DNA of 58,603 nucleotides from Euryarchaeota archaeon UBA170 (GTDB taxonomy: Archaea; Thermoplasmatota; Poseidoniia; Poseidoniales; Thalassarchaeaceae): the NCBI GenBank assembly GCA_002499345.1, contig DALF01000050.1, positions 14,923-73,525 of the forward strand. Direction: 5' to 3'. The position numbers and the translations under genes are program-made. The notes under the pieces were generated by a model, which made no database searches, was not told the origin of the DNA, and saw only the letters and a program-made list of their open reading frames with translations. The stretch's first letter is position 1; every line of letters starts with the position of its first letter. Of the stretch, positions 43,587-53,400 are shown piece after piece.

Positions 43587-44995
43587 CTGGAGATATTGAA
43601 GCCCGAGAAGCAGTGGGAGACTACAAAGCAGGATGGCATGATCCTGAAAATGCCACTATAAGATTTGATTTTGGACTTTCAGAAAAGGTAGTCAGAGATA
43701 TTTCTGAGCTCAAGAATGAGCCCGAATGGATGACCGAAATACGAGTAAAGGCATACAGACACTTCATTGAAAGGCCGATGCCTACTTGGGGCAACACGGA
43801 AGAATTGATGGAAATTGATTTCGAAAAAGTATGCTACTTTTTGAGGTCGTCTGATCAAACTGGTAATTCGTGGGACGACGTGCCGGAAGATATCAGAAAT
43901 ACCTTCGATAGGCTGGGCATTCCTGAAGCTGAGCAGAAGTGGCTATCGGGAGTTACTGCGCAATATGAATCAGAGACCGTGTACCATAGCATAAGGGAAG
44001 ACCTCGAGAAGCAAGGAGTGATTTTCTTAGATATGGATTCTGGACTTAGGGAACATGAGGAGATTGTGAAAAAATACTTCGGAAGTGTGATCCCCTACAG
44101 TGATAACAAATTCTCTGCACTCAATACAGCAGTATGGTCTGGAGGCTCTTTCATCTATGTTCCCAAAGGCGTACATGTCGAAATGCCAGTTCAGGCTTAT
44201 TTTAGGATAAATGCCAAGAATATGGGTCAGTTTGAGAGGACTCTTATCATTGCTGATGAAGGAAGTAGTATCCATTATGTCGAAGGTTGCACGGCACCTA
44301 CCTATTCCACCGACTCTCTACACTCGGCTGTTGTCGAGCTCTTGGCCCTCCCGGGAGCCCACATCAGATACACCACTGTACAGAACTGGAGTAACAATGT
44401 GTACAACTTGGTGACCAAGAGAGGTGTCGCTTATGAGAATGCGAAGATCGAGTGGGTGGATGGAAATATAGGAAGTAAATTGACCATGAAATATCCCGCT
44501 GTTATCCTCAAAGGCGAGGGAGCACATGCAGAGGTCATTTCTGTAGCCTATGCAGGAAATGGGCAACATCAGGATGCGGGGGCCAAAGTACATCATATGG
44601 CGTCAAATACCACTAGTAATATTCTTTCAAAAAGCATCAGTAAAGATGGAGGGAGGGGCTCTTACAGAGGGATGGCGAAGATAATGCCTAAAGCAGAGAA
44701 TTGTAGATTGAATATTGTTTGTGACGCCCTGATTCTAGATGAGAAGAGTAGGCAGGATACTTATCCCACAATGGAGGTTGGAAACCCTACCGCTCATTGC
44801 GAGCATGAAGCTAGTGTCTCAAAGGTAGGAGATGAGCAACTTTTCTACTTAATGAGCAGAGGACATACTGAGGCAGAGGCACTCGGAATGATCGTTAATG
44901 GTTTCTTTGAGCCGTTCACTAGGGAGCTTCCAATGGAATATGCTGTAGAGCTGAATAAGCTTATGTCACTTGAAATGGAAGGAAGCATAGGTTGA
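43583..44995 (+). CDS. sufB: Fe-S cluster assembly protein SufB
   Basis: Typical SufB length and sequence ([60 protein letters not shown]). ATGA overlap with sufC. Confidence 0.9.
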   Translation: MTGDIEAREAVGDYKAGWHDPENATIRFDFGLSEKVVRDISELKNEPEWMTEIRVKAYRHFIERPMPTWGNTEELMEIDFEKVCYFLRSSDQTGNSWDDVPEDIRNTFDRLGIPEAEQKWLSGVTAQYESETVYHSIREDLEKQGVIFLDMDSGLREHEEIVKKYFGSVIPYSDNKFSALNTAVWSGGSFIYVPKGVHVEMPVQAYFRINAKNMGQFERTLIIADEGSSIHYVEGCTAPTYSTDSLHSAVVELLALPGAHIRYTTVQNWSNNVYNLVTKRGVAYENAKIEWVDGNIGSKLTMKYPAVILKGEGAHAEVISVAYAGNGQHQDAGAKVHHMASNTTSNILSKSISKDGGRGSYRGMAKIMPKAENCRLNIVCDALILDEKSRQDTYPTMEVGNPTAHCEHEASVSKVGDEQLFYLMSRGHTEAEALGMIVNGFFEPFTRELPMEYAVELNKLMSLEMEGSIG

Positions 44996-45002
44996 GTTCT
45001 CC

Positions 45003-46109
45003 ATGGATGCATCTTCACAATACTTGTCCACTGATCGTCCCGATAGGGCTGACCATCTGTGGAGATATACCCCTTGGAAAAAGATTCACCCTACAGGAAA
45101 AATTTCGGATATTCCCAGTGATTTTTCAACTCCACATATAAGTCTGAAGACAATAGATGGAAGTGCTTTACCCCCTGGAATATCCCTAACAAGTGGCAAT
45201 ACTATTTCCGAGGGACTTCCAGTAGATGAAAAAATTACGAGGTGCTTTCTGGAGGCAGTTACCGAGGAGTCTAAATTCACTCTTACGGTTGCCCCTAGGT
45301 TCAAGTCAAGTGTACCGATAGTCATTGAGATTTCCACGGGCGGGATTTTCTGTTCGGCCCACATCTGCCTAGACATTGGTAAGCTTGCGGAACTAGAATT
45401 AGTTACGGTTGTACGGGGAGCTTGTGATTGGTTTGGAATGTTGAGAACAGGCTCTACCGGAGAAGGCGCAATAACCAGTGATGTCGTTGTCAATAGACTT
45501 GAACATGGAAATCTATTGAGAGTCGAATCTATTTCAATTCCACGAGATTCACAATTCAAGGCTGGAACTGTCTCATCTGGATCAACAATAACAAAGGCAG
45601 ATCTAAGGTATCGGATGTTTCAACCCGGAGGAAATCTAAATGTCCTAGGATCAATTCTTTCAGCGAGAGAAATGAGTCTCGACCATCATATCGAGATATA
45701 CCATGACTCCCCAGAGACTTTCAGTCGTTTGAACTGGAACTCAGCATGCGGCGGTAGCAGTAGAACTGTGGGTACTGGAATGCTTCGAGTTTCTAAAGGC
45801 TCGAACGGTGCTGATGCGGCTCAGCTTTTTCAGAATCTTCTGTTATCCAGAGACGCGCAAGCTGATTCGATTCCTGAATTGGAGGTGTCTGAACATGATG
45901 TAGTTGGGTGCGGGCATGGAACTGCAAGCGGACCCGTTGACCAAGAACAGATGTTCTACCTTGAGTCAAGGGGAATGTCGCCCAATGAGTCCAAAAGTAC
46001 TCTGATTGCAGCTTTTCTAAATTCGACACTCTCGGAAATGGGAGGGGACAAGATGCACAGTTGGCTTGTATCTGAGTTGGATTCCGATCTTAATGAATTA
46101 GGCGATTAG
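45003..46109 (+). CDS. sufD: Fe-S cluster assembly protein SufD
   Basis: Position after sufB. C-terminal beta-helix motifs (DAAQLFQNLLLSRDAQADSIPELEV, GHGTASGPVDQEQMFYLESRG). Confidence 0.8.
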   Translation: MDASSQYLSTDRPDRADHLWRYTPWKKIHPTGKISDIPSDFSTPHISLKTIDGSALPPGISLTSGNTISEGLPVDEKITRCFLEAVTEESKFTLTVAPRFKSSVPIVIEISTGGIFCSAHICLDIGKLAELELVTVVRGACDWFGMLRTGSTGEGAITSDVVVNRLEHGNLLRVESISIPRDSQFKAGTVSSGSTITKADLRYRMFQPGGNLNVLGSILSAREMSLDHHIEIYHDSPETFSRLNWNSACGGSSRTVGTGMLRVSKGSNGADAAQLFQNLLLSRDAQADSIPELEVSEHDVVGCGHGTASGPVDQEQMFYLESRGMSPNESKSTLIAAFLNSTLSEMGGDKMHSWLVSELDSDLNELGD

Positions 46110-46339
46110 GAAGTCCTGTCCCTGAATGATGCCGCTACAATTCCAGACCTAATGCAGAGTGCGATATCTGGATCCTCTAGACCTGTGGCGAAGATAGGGA
46201 TGAAGGAGGCCGGGGCCCCAACCATGGCCCCTGCAACTAAAGAAATAGAGATGGCATCCATAGTGGCGATATTGGTCGCGGCCTCCGTAAGTAGTATCAG
46301 GTCAAGAGTTTGAGGGCAAGAGATACATTGATTTGTCAT
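46106..46339 (-). CDS. hypothetical small hydrophobic protein (doubtful)
   Basis: This 77-codon ORF exactly fills the only sizeable gap between sufD and the DUF2085 gene. No family recognised and no motif support. Confidence 0.25.
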   Translation of the reverse strand: MTNQCISCPQTLDLILLTEAATNIATMDAISISLVAGAMVGAPASFIPIFATGLEDPDIALCIRSGIVAASFRDRTS

Positions 46340-46356
46340 GAATAATTGGCCGTGAC

Positions 46357-47268
46357 ATGTGTATCTTTTGCAGTCATAGAGAGATTGCTAGCATTCAAGT
46401 TGAGGACTCTCCAACTATTCTAATAGCCGGCTCAATTGTTGTTACTGCATGTACCATTTACAATAGAAGGCTGAAGAGTGAGGAGCCAGAGAATGAGGCA
46501 TCGGAGAATGTTAAGCCAGATTCTGGCAAGCTGAAAAATGGGAAGACAGATAGAAAAAGAGAGCTTCGAGTTTCTAGCATCTTGTGTTCTATCTCTGGAT
46601 TCCTACTGTTGATGTTCTTTGTATCTCCACTCATGTTAGCAGAAGGGAGCGTTCCCGAGCTATCGGGTAGAGCCAACGCGATTGACTATATGGACGGAGG
46701 GAGCTGGGGCAACAATGATCACGATGAGAGGGGTGATTTGGGCCATAATCAGTCAGCTCATGGCGGCTCATTCGCTTGGTCTGAACTGAATCCAGTGTTT
46801 GGTTTCGTGTATGCCTTTGGCGATATTAACTGCCATCAGAAACATGATCGCTCATGGTCGATAAATGAGAATCAGATGCCAGTTTGTGCCAGAGATGTGG
46901 GAATATTCATGGGATTCTTCATGGGGTCATTATTCTTCAGATTGAAGGGGTACAATAGATGGACGGTTAGAGATTCTTTCCTTTCTGTTTTTGATGATGA
47001 TTCAATAAAATCTGTGTATATTAATGACGGGCGTATGAGGCTAATGATACTATTTTTAGCACTGGGCATCGTACCTATGGCGATAGATGGGTTTACTCAA
47101 TTACTATCTGGTTATGAATCTACCAATATAGTCAGATTAATTACTGGTTTCATGGCTGGCTTTGTCATAGGTTGGTTTGTCAACTCGGCCCTATCATCTA
47201 GGCCTGAGTTATTTGATTCCCCTTCCTCTGTCGTACTTCCTGCTGGCTCGAAATTGATATTGAAATAA
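46357..47268 (+). CDS. DUF2085-family membrane protein
   Basis: CHQKHDRSWSINENQMPVCARDVGIFMGF matches the remembered DUF2085 pattern (CHQ..(R/D)RS, then P.CAR..G.Y.G). Several TM helices. Confidence 0.6.
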   Translation: MCIFCSHREIASIQVEDSPTILIAGSIVVTACTIYNRRLKSEEPENEASENVKPDSGKLKNGKTDRKRELRVSSILCSISGFLLLMFFVSPLMLAEGSVPELSGRANAIDYMDGGSWGNNDHDERGDLGHNQSAHGGSFAWSELNPVFGFVYAFGDINCHQKHDRSWSINENQMPVCARDVGIFMGFFMGSLFFRLKGYNRWTVRDSFLSVFDDDSIKSVYINDGRMRLMILFLALGIVPMAIDGFTQLLSGYESTNIVRLITGFMAGFVIGWFVNSALSSRPELFDSPSSVVLPAGSKLILK

Positions 47269-48615
47269 TCAGATAGATTTCATTGTCCACCAAGAGATAA
47301 GATCGTTTTCATCTTTAGGGAGGGGGTATGAGCCTCTACCGGGGCCAAGTATAGCTATTCTTTCCAAAGTAGATTTAACTGCCGAAGGATATTTTCCAGA
47401 TCTAATTATTTGTCCCATTGCGAATCGGATATGAGTATCGGGATTTTTCTTCATCCATTTCATAAGGATATCTCTGAGAGGCCATATTGCGATTACTAGG
47501 CGACCGAATGGTCGGGATTCGTCATTCATCTGTGAACGCGGCGCCTCCCTCCCGATTAGAGCTCTGTGCTGATGTATACAGCCCAATTTTTCATTTAGAT
47601 ATCTTACAATTGTCTGTGTATGCCTCTCAGAAACAGATCTTACTGGCCCCAATGACTTTCTAAGTTCCCTAATATTTGCTGTTCTCATCAGCGATAATGT
47701 TCCACAGATAGAGGAGAAAGAGTGCGACAGGACTTTCTTTGGGACATCTGACCTCTCTCCGTCTAATAATTCACCGAGGATATCTGAATGAGCTTTCTGA
47801 AAGTTCTTGAGGACCCTCCAGGGAGAGCTCCCATCTAGCCATTCTTGTTCTCCAATTGCAGGTTTTACGCCCAGTCCCTGCAATGTAGACTGCCCCCTTG
47901 AGGATATTATTAGTTCGCTGACTAGATTCCTATCTACCACTTCAGATAAAACATTCACAGGTTCAGGGCGAGAATGCATAAAGTTTCTAATCAGATATTT
48001 GAGCTTCATTTTGAAATCATCTTCTGAACCTTCGTTAAGAACAGGTCCAATGATAGCCCCCATATCAAAAGGAGTTGGCATCTCAATATTTCCAGATAGT
48101 AGCTCCTGGTAGCCGTGTCTTATCATCATCTGAAGTTCGCTAGTCTCGAAATATTCCTCTTTATCGGAATGTGCTCTCAGTGTTCCGCTCTTTATCCTGT
48201 CCAATGCCACACTTGGATCGCAATCAACCCAGATACAAAGATCGGGTACTAGCGCCGCTGAATTCATATGTGCCACTCTTTCTACCCCTAGTCCCCCAAC
48301 TATTCCCTGATACACCAGCGATGAGTGTATGTTCCTCTCACTTACCACTCCAATTCCAGATTCTAATCTTGGAAGTATCCAACCATGTGAATGGTCAAGC
48401 CTGTCCGCTGCGAATAGGCCTGCTTCCCTCTCCGGGCTTGTGATTTTCTTCCTGACGGAGTCGATGGCCAACCGGCCTAGAGGGTGATCTCGTCTAGGCT
48501 CACCGGTTTCATCGACCGATACGAAAGGAAACTCCTTCCTCATTACCTCAGAGACCACCTTGGTTGCTAGTCCTTTACCACTTCCATCGCCCCCTTCAAT
48601 GGTGATCAGGTACAT
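47269..48615 (-). CDS. tmk: thymidylate kinase domain fused to a C-terminal domain of about 250 aa with unknown function
   Basis: MYLITIEGGDGSGKG P-loop and AADRLDH (DR motif) within the first approx 190 aa. The remaining approx 250 aa have no recognisable motif. Confidence 0.7.
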   Translation of the reverse strand: MYLITIEGGDGSGKGLATKVVSEVMRKEFPFVSVDETGEPRRDHPLGRLAIDSVRKKITSPEREAGLFAADRLDHSHGWILPRLESGIGVVSERNIHSSLVYQGIVGGLGVERVAHMNSAALVPDLCIWVDCDPSVALDRIKSGTLRAHSDKEEYFETSELQMMIRHGYQELLSGNIEMPTPFDMGAIIGPVLNEGSEDDFKMKLKYLIRNFMHSRPEPVNVLSEVVDRNLVSELIISSRGQSTLQGLGVKPAIGEQEWLDGSSPWRVLKNFQKAHSDILGELLDGERSDVPKKVLSHSFSSICGTLSLMRTANIRELRKSLGPVRSVSERHTQTIVRYLNEKLGCIHQHRALIGREAPRSQMNDESRPFGRLVIAIWPLRDILMKWMKKNPDTHIRFAMGQIIRSGKYPSAVKSTLERIAILGPGRGSYPLPKDENDLISWWTMKSI

Positions 48616-48618
48616 TGA

Positions 48619-49374
48619 TCAATCCTCCTTGGAGTGAACATCGTAGAACTGCCCTCTGGAAAGGCCCACAAAGCCCATTCCAGAGAGAGTTAAAAGAGGG
48701 CCGACGAACATTAGCCCGCCGCTCCACAGACCTAAGAAAGAGAGCCACCAAGTTTTCTTGTAACTGATTCCTTTTCTTGCCTCAAGGCCCCCTGCGAAAC
48801 CGGCAAGTCCGGTTAGTAGAGTAAAGACCGCAAATATCGTAGCAATCATCACTGATTCTCCCAGATAGCTTTCCCCCTGCATATCCAATACCTGTGTCCC
48901 TTCCCCCTCGATCAAAGTTATCGTGAACTGGGTGTAATCTCCGGGAATTAGTAAGACATGTACAGTCACATTTCCAGAGTGTGCTACTTCGAGCTTCACC
49001 GGCCTTCGTGGGACATCTTCGATTGAGAATCTACCGCCCGAATTAGTTGAGTCGCTTCCTATTAATATTCCATCTTCATCATAAAGTAAAACGTCAATAT
49101 CGCTTACCCCTTCAGCGCCTGATGAGTTACTGACTAGTTCTGAAATAACTATTCCTTCAACGTCTGCTGTCCCTCCTGATTCTTCCACTTGTCCCGAAAG
49201 AATATCACTCACATTGCCAGAAATTAGCATTATTCCTATGGCGAAACCCAACATTCCTCCAATCCCTATCAATACCGCTCCGAGATTCCTGGTAGCCGAA
49301 TCTGTAGAGAGGTCTGAAAGCCACATTTGGAAGCTAGAAGAGCTATCCAAATCCTCGTCAAAGTCATCAATCAT
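48619..49374 (-). CDS. hypothetical polytopic membrane protein with carboxypeptidase-regulatory-like beta-sandwich loop
   Basis: TM AVLIGIGGMLGFAIGIMLI. GGRFSIEDVPRRPVKLEVAHSGNVTV resembles CarboxypepD_reg. Three C-terminal TMs. ATG 49374 avoids the 62-nt overlap that the maximal ORF (49428) has with the upstream gene. Confidence 0.5.
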   Translation of the reverse strand: MIDDFDEDLDSSSSFQMWLSDLSTDSATRNLGAVLIGIGGMLGFAIGIMLISGNVSDILSGQVEESGGTADVEGIVISELVSNSSGAEGVSDIDVLLYDEDGILIGSDSTNSGGRFSIEDVPRRPVKLEVAHSGNVTVHVLLIPGDYTQFTITLIEGEGTQVLDMQGESYLGESVMIATIFAVFTLLTGLAGFAGGLEARKGISYKKTWWLSFLGLWSGGLMFVGPLLTLSGMGFVGLSRGQFYDVHSKED

Positions 49375-50422
49375 TGAGCATCCCCTTATCCTCTTGTGAT
49401 AGTGGAGGGAGATTAAGCTGTTCATCATGCCGATTAGAGGTTTCTACACTTTTTTTATCCGCGGGCATATCATCCCGCCTCAAAAATATGAACATTATCA
49501 CCAGTATCAAGACTCCGATAGTTATCAAGGAATTGTCTGAGATATTGGAATCTTGAGCTGCCTCACAATGCGATATACAGATATTAGCTTCAGCACCTGA
49601 GAGATTTGTCATTTGAACGAGGTACATGCTAGACCAATTCTTCCCTGTTATCCAAAATTCTGAATCCGAAATATGGGCGATTCCATTGAGAACATTGTTA
49701 TGCCCATTATCATTTTTAGAAGAGAGGTGGCTGGCATCATAGTCTCCCACAACCGTGCCATTAGATGGGTCGAATACCAGAATCCTATCCTGTTGCCAAA
49801 TATTGGCCAATACTCTTGGCCCGGCAGGAGTATTGACACATTCTAACTCATTTATTCTATCTATGAGGTTACCAAAACTATCTGCGACTGAAACTATCCT
49901 TTCAATCTCAAAAGTTTCTGGACTGCGGAAAGAAACAGTAGAAGTTCCATTGGACATAACAAATGAGTTTCCGTCGAAGCATATTCCCCAGCCTTCTCCT
50001 TCGTACTCATACGAAGATACCTGAGACAGATTATCCATCTCAAAAACATATGCTATTTGAGTCTCCCATGTAAGCATAATAATTGTATCATTGTATACTG
50101 TTATCCCCTCTGAGAAGACTGAGTCATTGAATGACTTCGATCTAATTATATCGCCAGTCCATGGATTGACTTCTCTTAATGACGAGTGGCCGTACAATCC
50201 AGTACTTTCGTATATACTCCCATTATACATCTCTAGTCCCTGTGTGAAGGCTTCATTATGATGATTATGTTCGCTTAGTATCACGATTTCATGTTCAATA
50301 GATTCATCATATATGCTAGTATTTTCAGCTTGCACTAGTGACGAAAATATGATCGATAAGACGAGATAGGTGAGGAGTAAACCACTCCGCCTCGTACGAC
50401 TCATGTACGAACGATGCTCCAT
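49367..50422 (-). CDS. glutaminyl-peptide cyclotransferase (plant/bacterial beta-propeller type), membrane-anchored
   Basis: FTQGLEMYNGSIYESTGLYGHSSLREVNPWTG, FSEGITVYNDTIIMLTWE, GEGWGICFDGNSFVMSNG, INELECV, VLANIWQQDRILVFDP, LNGIAH. N-terminal signal peptide and C-terminal TM LITIGVLILVIMFIFL. Confidence 0.7.
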   Translation of the reverse strand: MEHRSYMSRTRRSGLLLTYLVLSIIFSSLVQAENTSIYDESIEHEIVILSEHNHHNEAFTQGLEMYNGSIYESTGLYGHSSLREVNPWTGDIIRSKSFNDSVFSEGITVYNDTIIMLTWETQIAYVFEMDNLSQVSSYEYEGEGWGICFDGNSFVMSNGTSTVSFRSPETFEIERIVSVADSFGNLIDRINELECVNTPAGPRVLANIWQQDRILVFDPSNGTVVGDYDASHLSSKNDNGHNNVLNGIAHISDSEFWITGKNWSSMYLVQMTNLSGAEANICISHCEAAQDSNISDNSLITIGVLILVIMFIFLRRDDMPADKKSVETSNRHDEQLNLPPLSQEDKGMLND

Positions 50423-50480
50423 CGGTGTTAAAATACGTCTTAGAACCGATTCATTCTAGTTACAACACGGAGTGTTGAGT

Positions 50481-53400
50481 ATGCCGAGCCGGGAACGTCG
50501 TAATTCTTCAGTAAGTGCCACTGTTCTGGCCGTATTGCTAATTGTGACTAGTTTGTCTCCTTTATCTTTAGCTGAAGAGTTTGAGGATGAAGAAACACGC
50601 GGCTTTCTTAGCGATCTTAGTGAGTTCAATCCGGATCTCGACGGAAGGCAATATCTATTCTCCGAATCTCCCATTCCGATATACTCTGCAACAGGATTCC
50701 TAAAGTCACAATGGCGTTCAGCCGGTTATCCAGACTTGTCTTTGCCATTCTCGGAGTCTTATGTCAACTCTAGATCATCTACAAGGAGTTGTGAGAACGC
50801 CTGGAGCGTGGGAGATACTGATGATGTGACGACTGCAGGAGGGCCGATAGCGGCAACTGTGCAGAAGGTTTCCAGTAATTCGGCAATCTTTGTGGAAGAT
50901 GGCCAAGTTATACCTTCAACTACTCTAAACGATATTGCTTCAACTTGGGAGTCTACAATATTTCCCACTGTGACCAGCTATTTCGGTTCTGCTCCTGATG
51001 TAGATAGTACTTGTCAGATTGAGATAGTCATATTCTCAATAGATGGTGGTGGTGGAATAGGCGGTTATTTCGTCCCGGGCCTTTCATCGAGTAAGGAATC
51101 AGTGTTCATGGATATTGATGATCTAAGTTGGAGAAACACCATACTGGCCCATGAATTCCAGCACTTACTGCACAATGCAAGGGATCCTTTTGAGTACATC
51201 TGGATAGATGAAGGAGCTGCCGATATGGCCGCCTACCTGTGTTTCGGAGTTACGAGCTCCCTGACTGGCCATGCAAATGAATGGTCACAGAATTCCAATA
51301 TGAGCGTCAGGTGGTGGAATCAGAGGATAGCAGATTATGGCGCTGGTTTCCTGTTCTTGATGTATCTATCAGATAAGCTGGGAGGCGCTTCTGCCATTTC
51401 CACATTGGTCGCCGATTCCGATATCGGAGGGAAAGGAATAGAGGACTTGGCTTCTAATCCTCCTGCCGGCTCGACCCCGATTGGAACCACAATGAGTGAT
51501 ATTTTTGCCAATTTTACTCTCGCTGTATCGGTCGATAGTGGACAGGGAGCTTTTGGCTTCTCCAATCTTGACTTGAGCGCTGGCTGCACGGCGGCGTATG
51601 TTTGTAAGGCTCAGATGAGTGGTTTCAATGACCAGTGGATCAATTCATGGACAAGCCCTCTACAAGAATTGGAAGGATGGGGGATGAGGGCTTACAAGTT
51701 TAACCAAGGCTCTGGCGCTCCATTGAATATCATGGTTCAGCCTTCTGAATTCGGATTCGAGGGTGCTTTACTAGCTAAAGATAGCAGCACAGGAAGTTGG
51801 TCCATGAGTAGGATGAGGGTCGATCAGGTCACTGGCTCTGTAACGGGGCTTATCCATGATTTTGGATCGGATGTAGACGAGGTGTGGATGACGACTTGGT
51901 ATGAATCCACGGTTGATGACTGCGATTACAACTATGCTACTTGTGGAATTACCAGTGGTAGTTATCCCACCGCAACTGTGACTGTTCAAGCGATGCTAGT
52001 TACCGATCCTGCAGAAGTATCGATTGATTCGATCGATGATTTTGATAGAGATTCTGATGGATTGTCAGATAGTGTACAGGTTGACTTAGGAGTAGTTTCT
52101 AACTCGTTTTTTGAAATACTTGAGGTGACGGTGGATGCATTCTCGAACAACACACTTGTGGACAGTAAAGTTTTCTCTTTGACTGCAGGTAACAGTATTT
52201 CTACAGAAAAGAGTGTTTGGTTCACTCCTCCTTATTCCGGGCAGTGGACTTTCGGAGTAAGCATAAACGATGTTACATCTGAACTGGTGGACCAAGCTTT
52301 CTCCTTACCAATTGATTTGAGTAACATGAAGCCGGTTGCATCTATTTCTGTCTCTGTAAACTCAACCCAAACCTGGTTGCCAGTCAATATGTTTGGATCC
52401 GGCTATGATGCATGGGGATTTGGCATGGAGAATGGGACTTTCTCCAAGAACGAGACTCCCATAGCATACTATTGGGACCTAGGAGATAACGTCTCTTCAA
52501 CGCTAAAGAATCCTGTTCATCAGTATCTGGAGTCTGGCATTTACCCTGTCGTCCTTACGGTAATGGACCAAGGCGGTTACTTCTCCGAGCCTCAGACTTG
52601 GACCATTGTGGTCGAAGACACTAGTGATCCGATACCTGAAATTTCAGTAGAGGGGGTTGTAGTTTCAGAGGAGCTGGTTTTACTGACCAATCAGCAAGTA
52701 ATGTTTTCCGCCCTTGGGACCACAGACAACTTACCATTGGAAGAGTTGTACTTCGAGTGGAATTGGGGAGATGGAGAAATTGAGTCAGGAGTTGGACTCT
52801 TTGAGTCTAGCCATTCTTGGGTGGATGGGAGTGCTGAAGGAATTGTATACACCCTTTCCCTGCTGGTCAGTGATGGCATTCATGAAGTTGAGCACAGTAT
52901 TTTCATTAAGATTCTGAATAGAGTCCCTCAGCAGATTTACGATGCTCAGCTCCAGACATATACCCTTACTCCACTGACCCTTCCCTCTGTTTTTACAGAT
53001 AGTGATGGGATGATCGTGGAATATGAATGGTCTTTCGAGGAAGGAGTCAATCTCGAGGGAGGGGGCATGACTATGACCTCAGATTACTCTCAGATCTCGT
53101 CTGATGCGGCCAATCCAATCGTGGGATGGTTGACACCTGGACTGAAAAATATCAGCCTTACAGTCACTGACGATGATGGGAACTCATCATTCGCAGTACT
53201 ACAAGTCAATGTGATTAATCAGAGGCCTGTTGCTGTTTTCTCGAGACCTAGTGATGGAAATGTGGAAACCACATACACCTTCACTAGCTACTCTTTCGAT
53301 CCCGATGGAGACTCATCCCAGTTGTCCACATTTTGGACAATATCTGATTTAGAAGATCCTATTGAAAATGTCTCTTCAGTAAGCCACACATTCATGAGCC

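Noticed and set aside
45086-45559. 157-aa minus-strand ORF
   Set aside because: Antisense to sufD.
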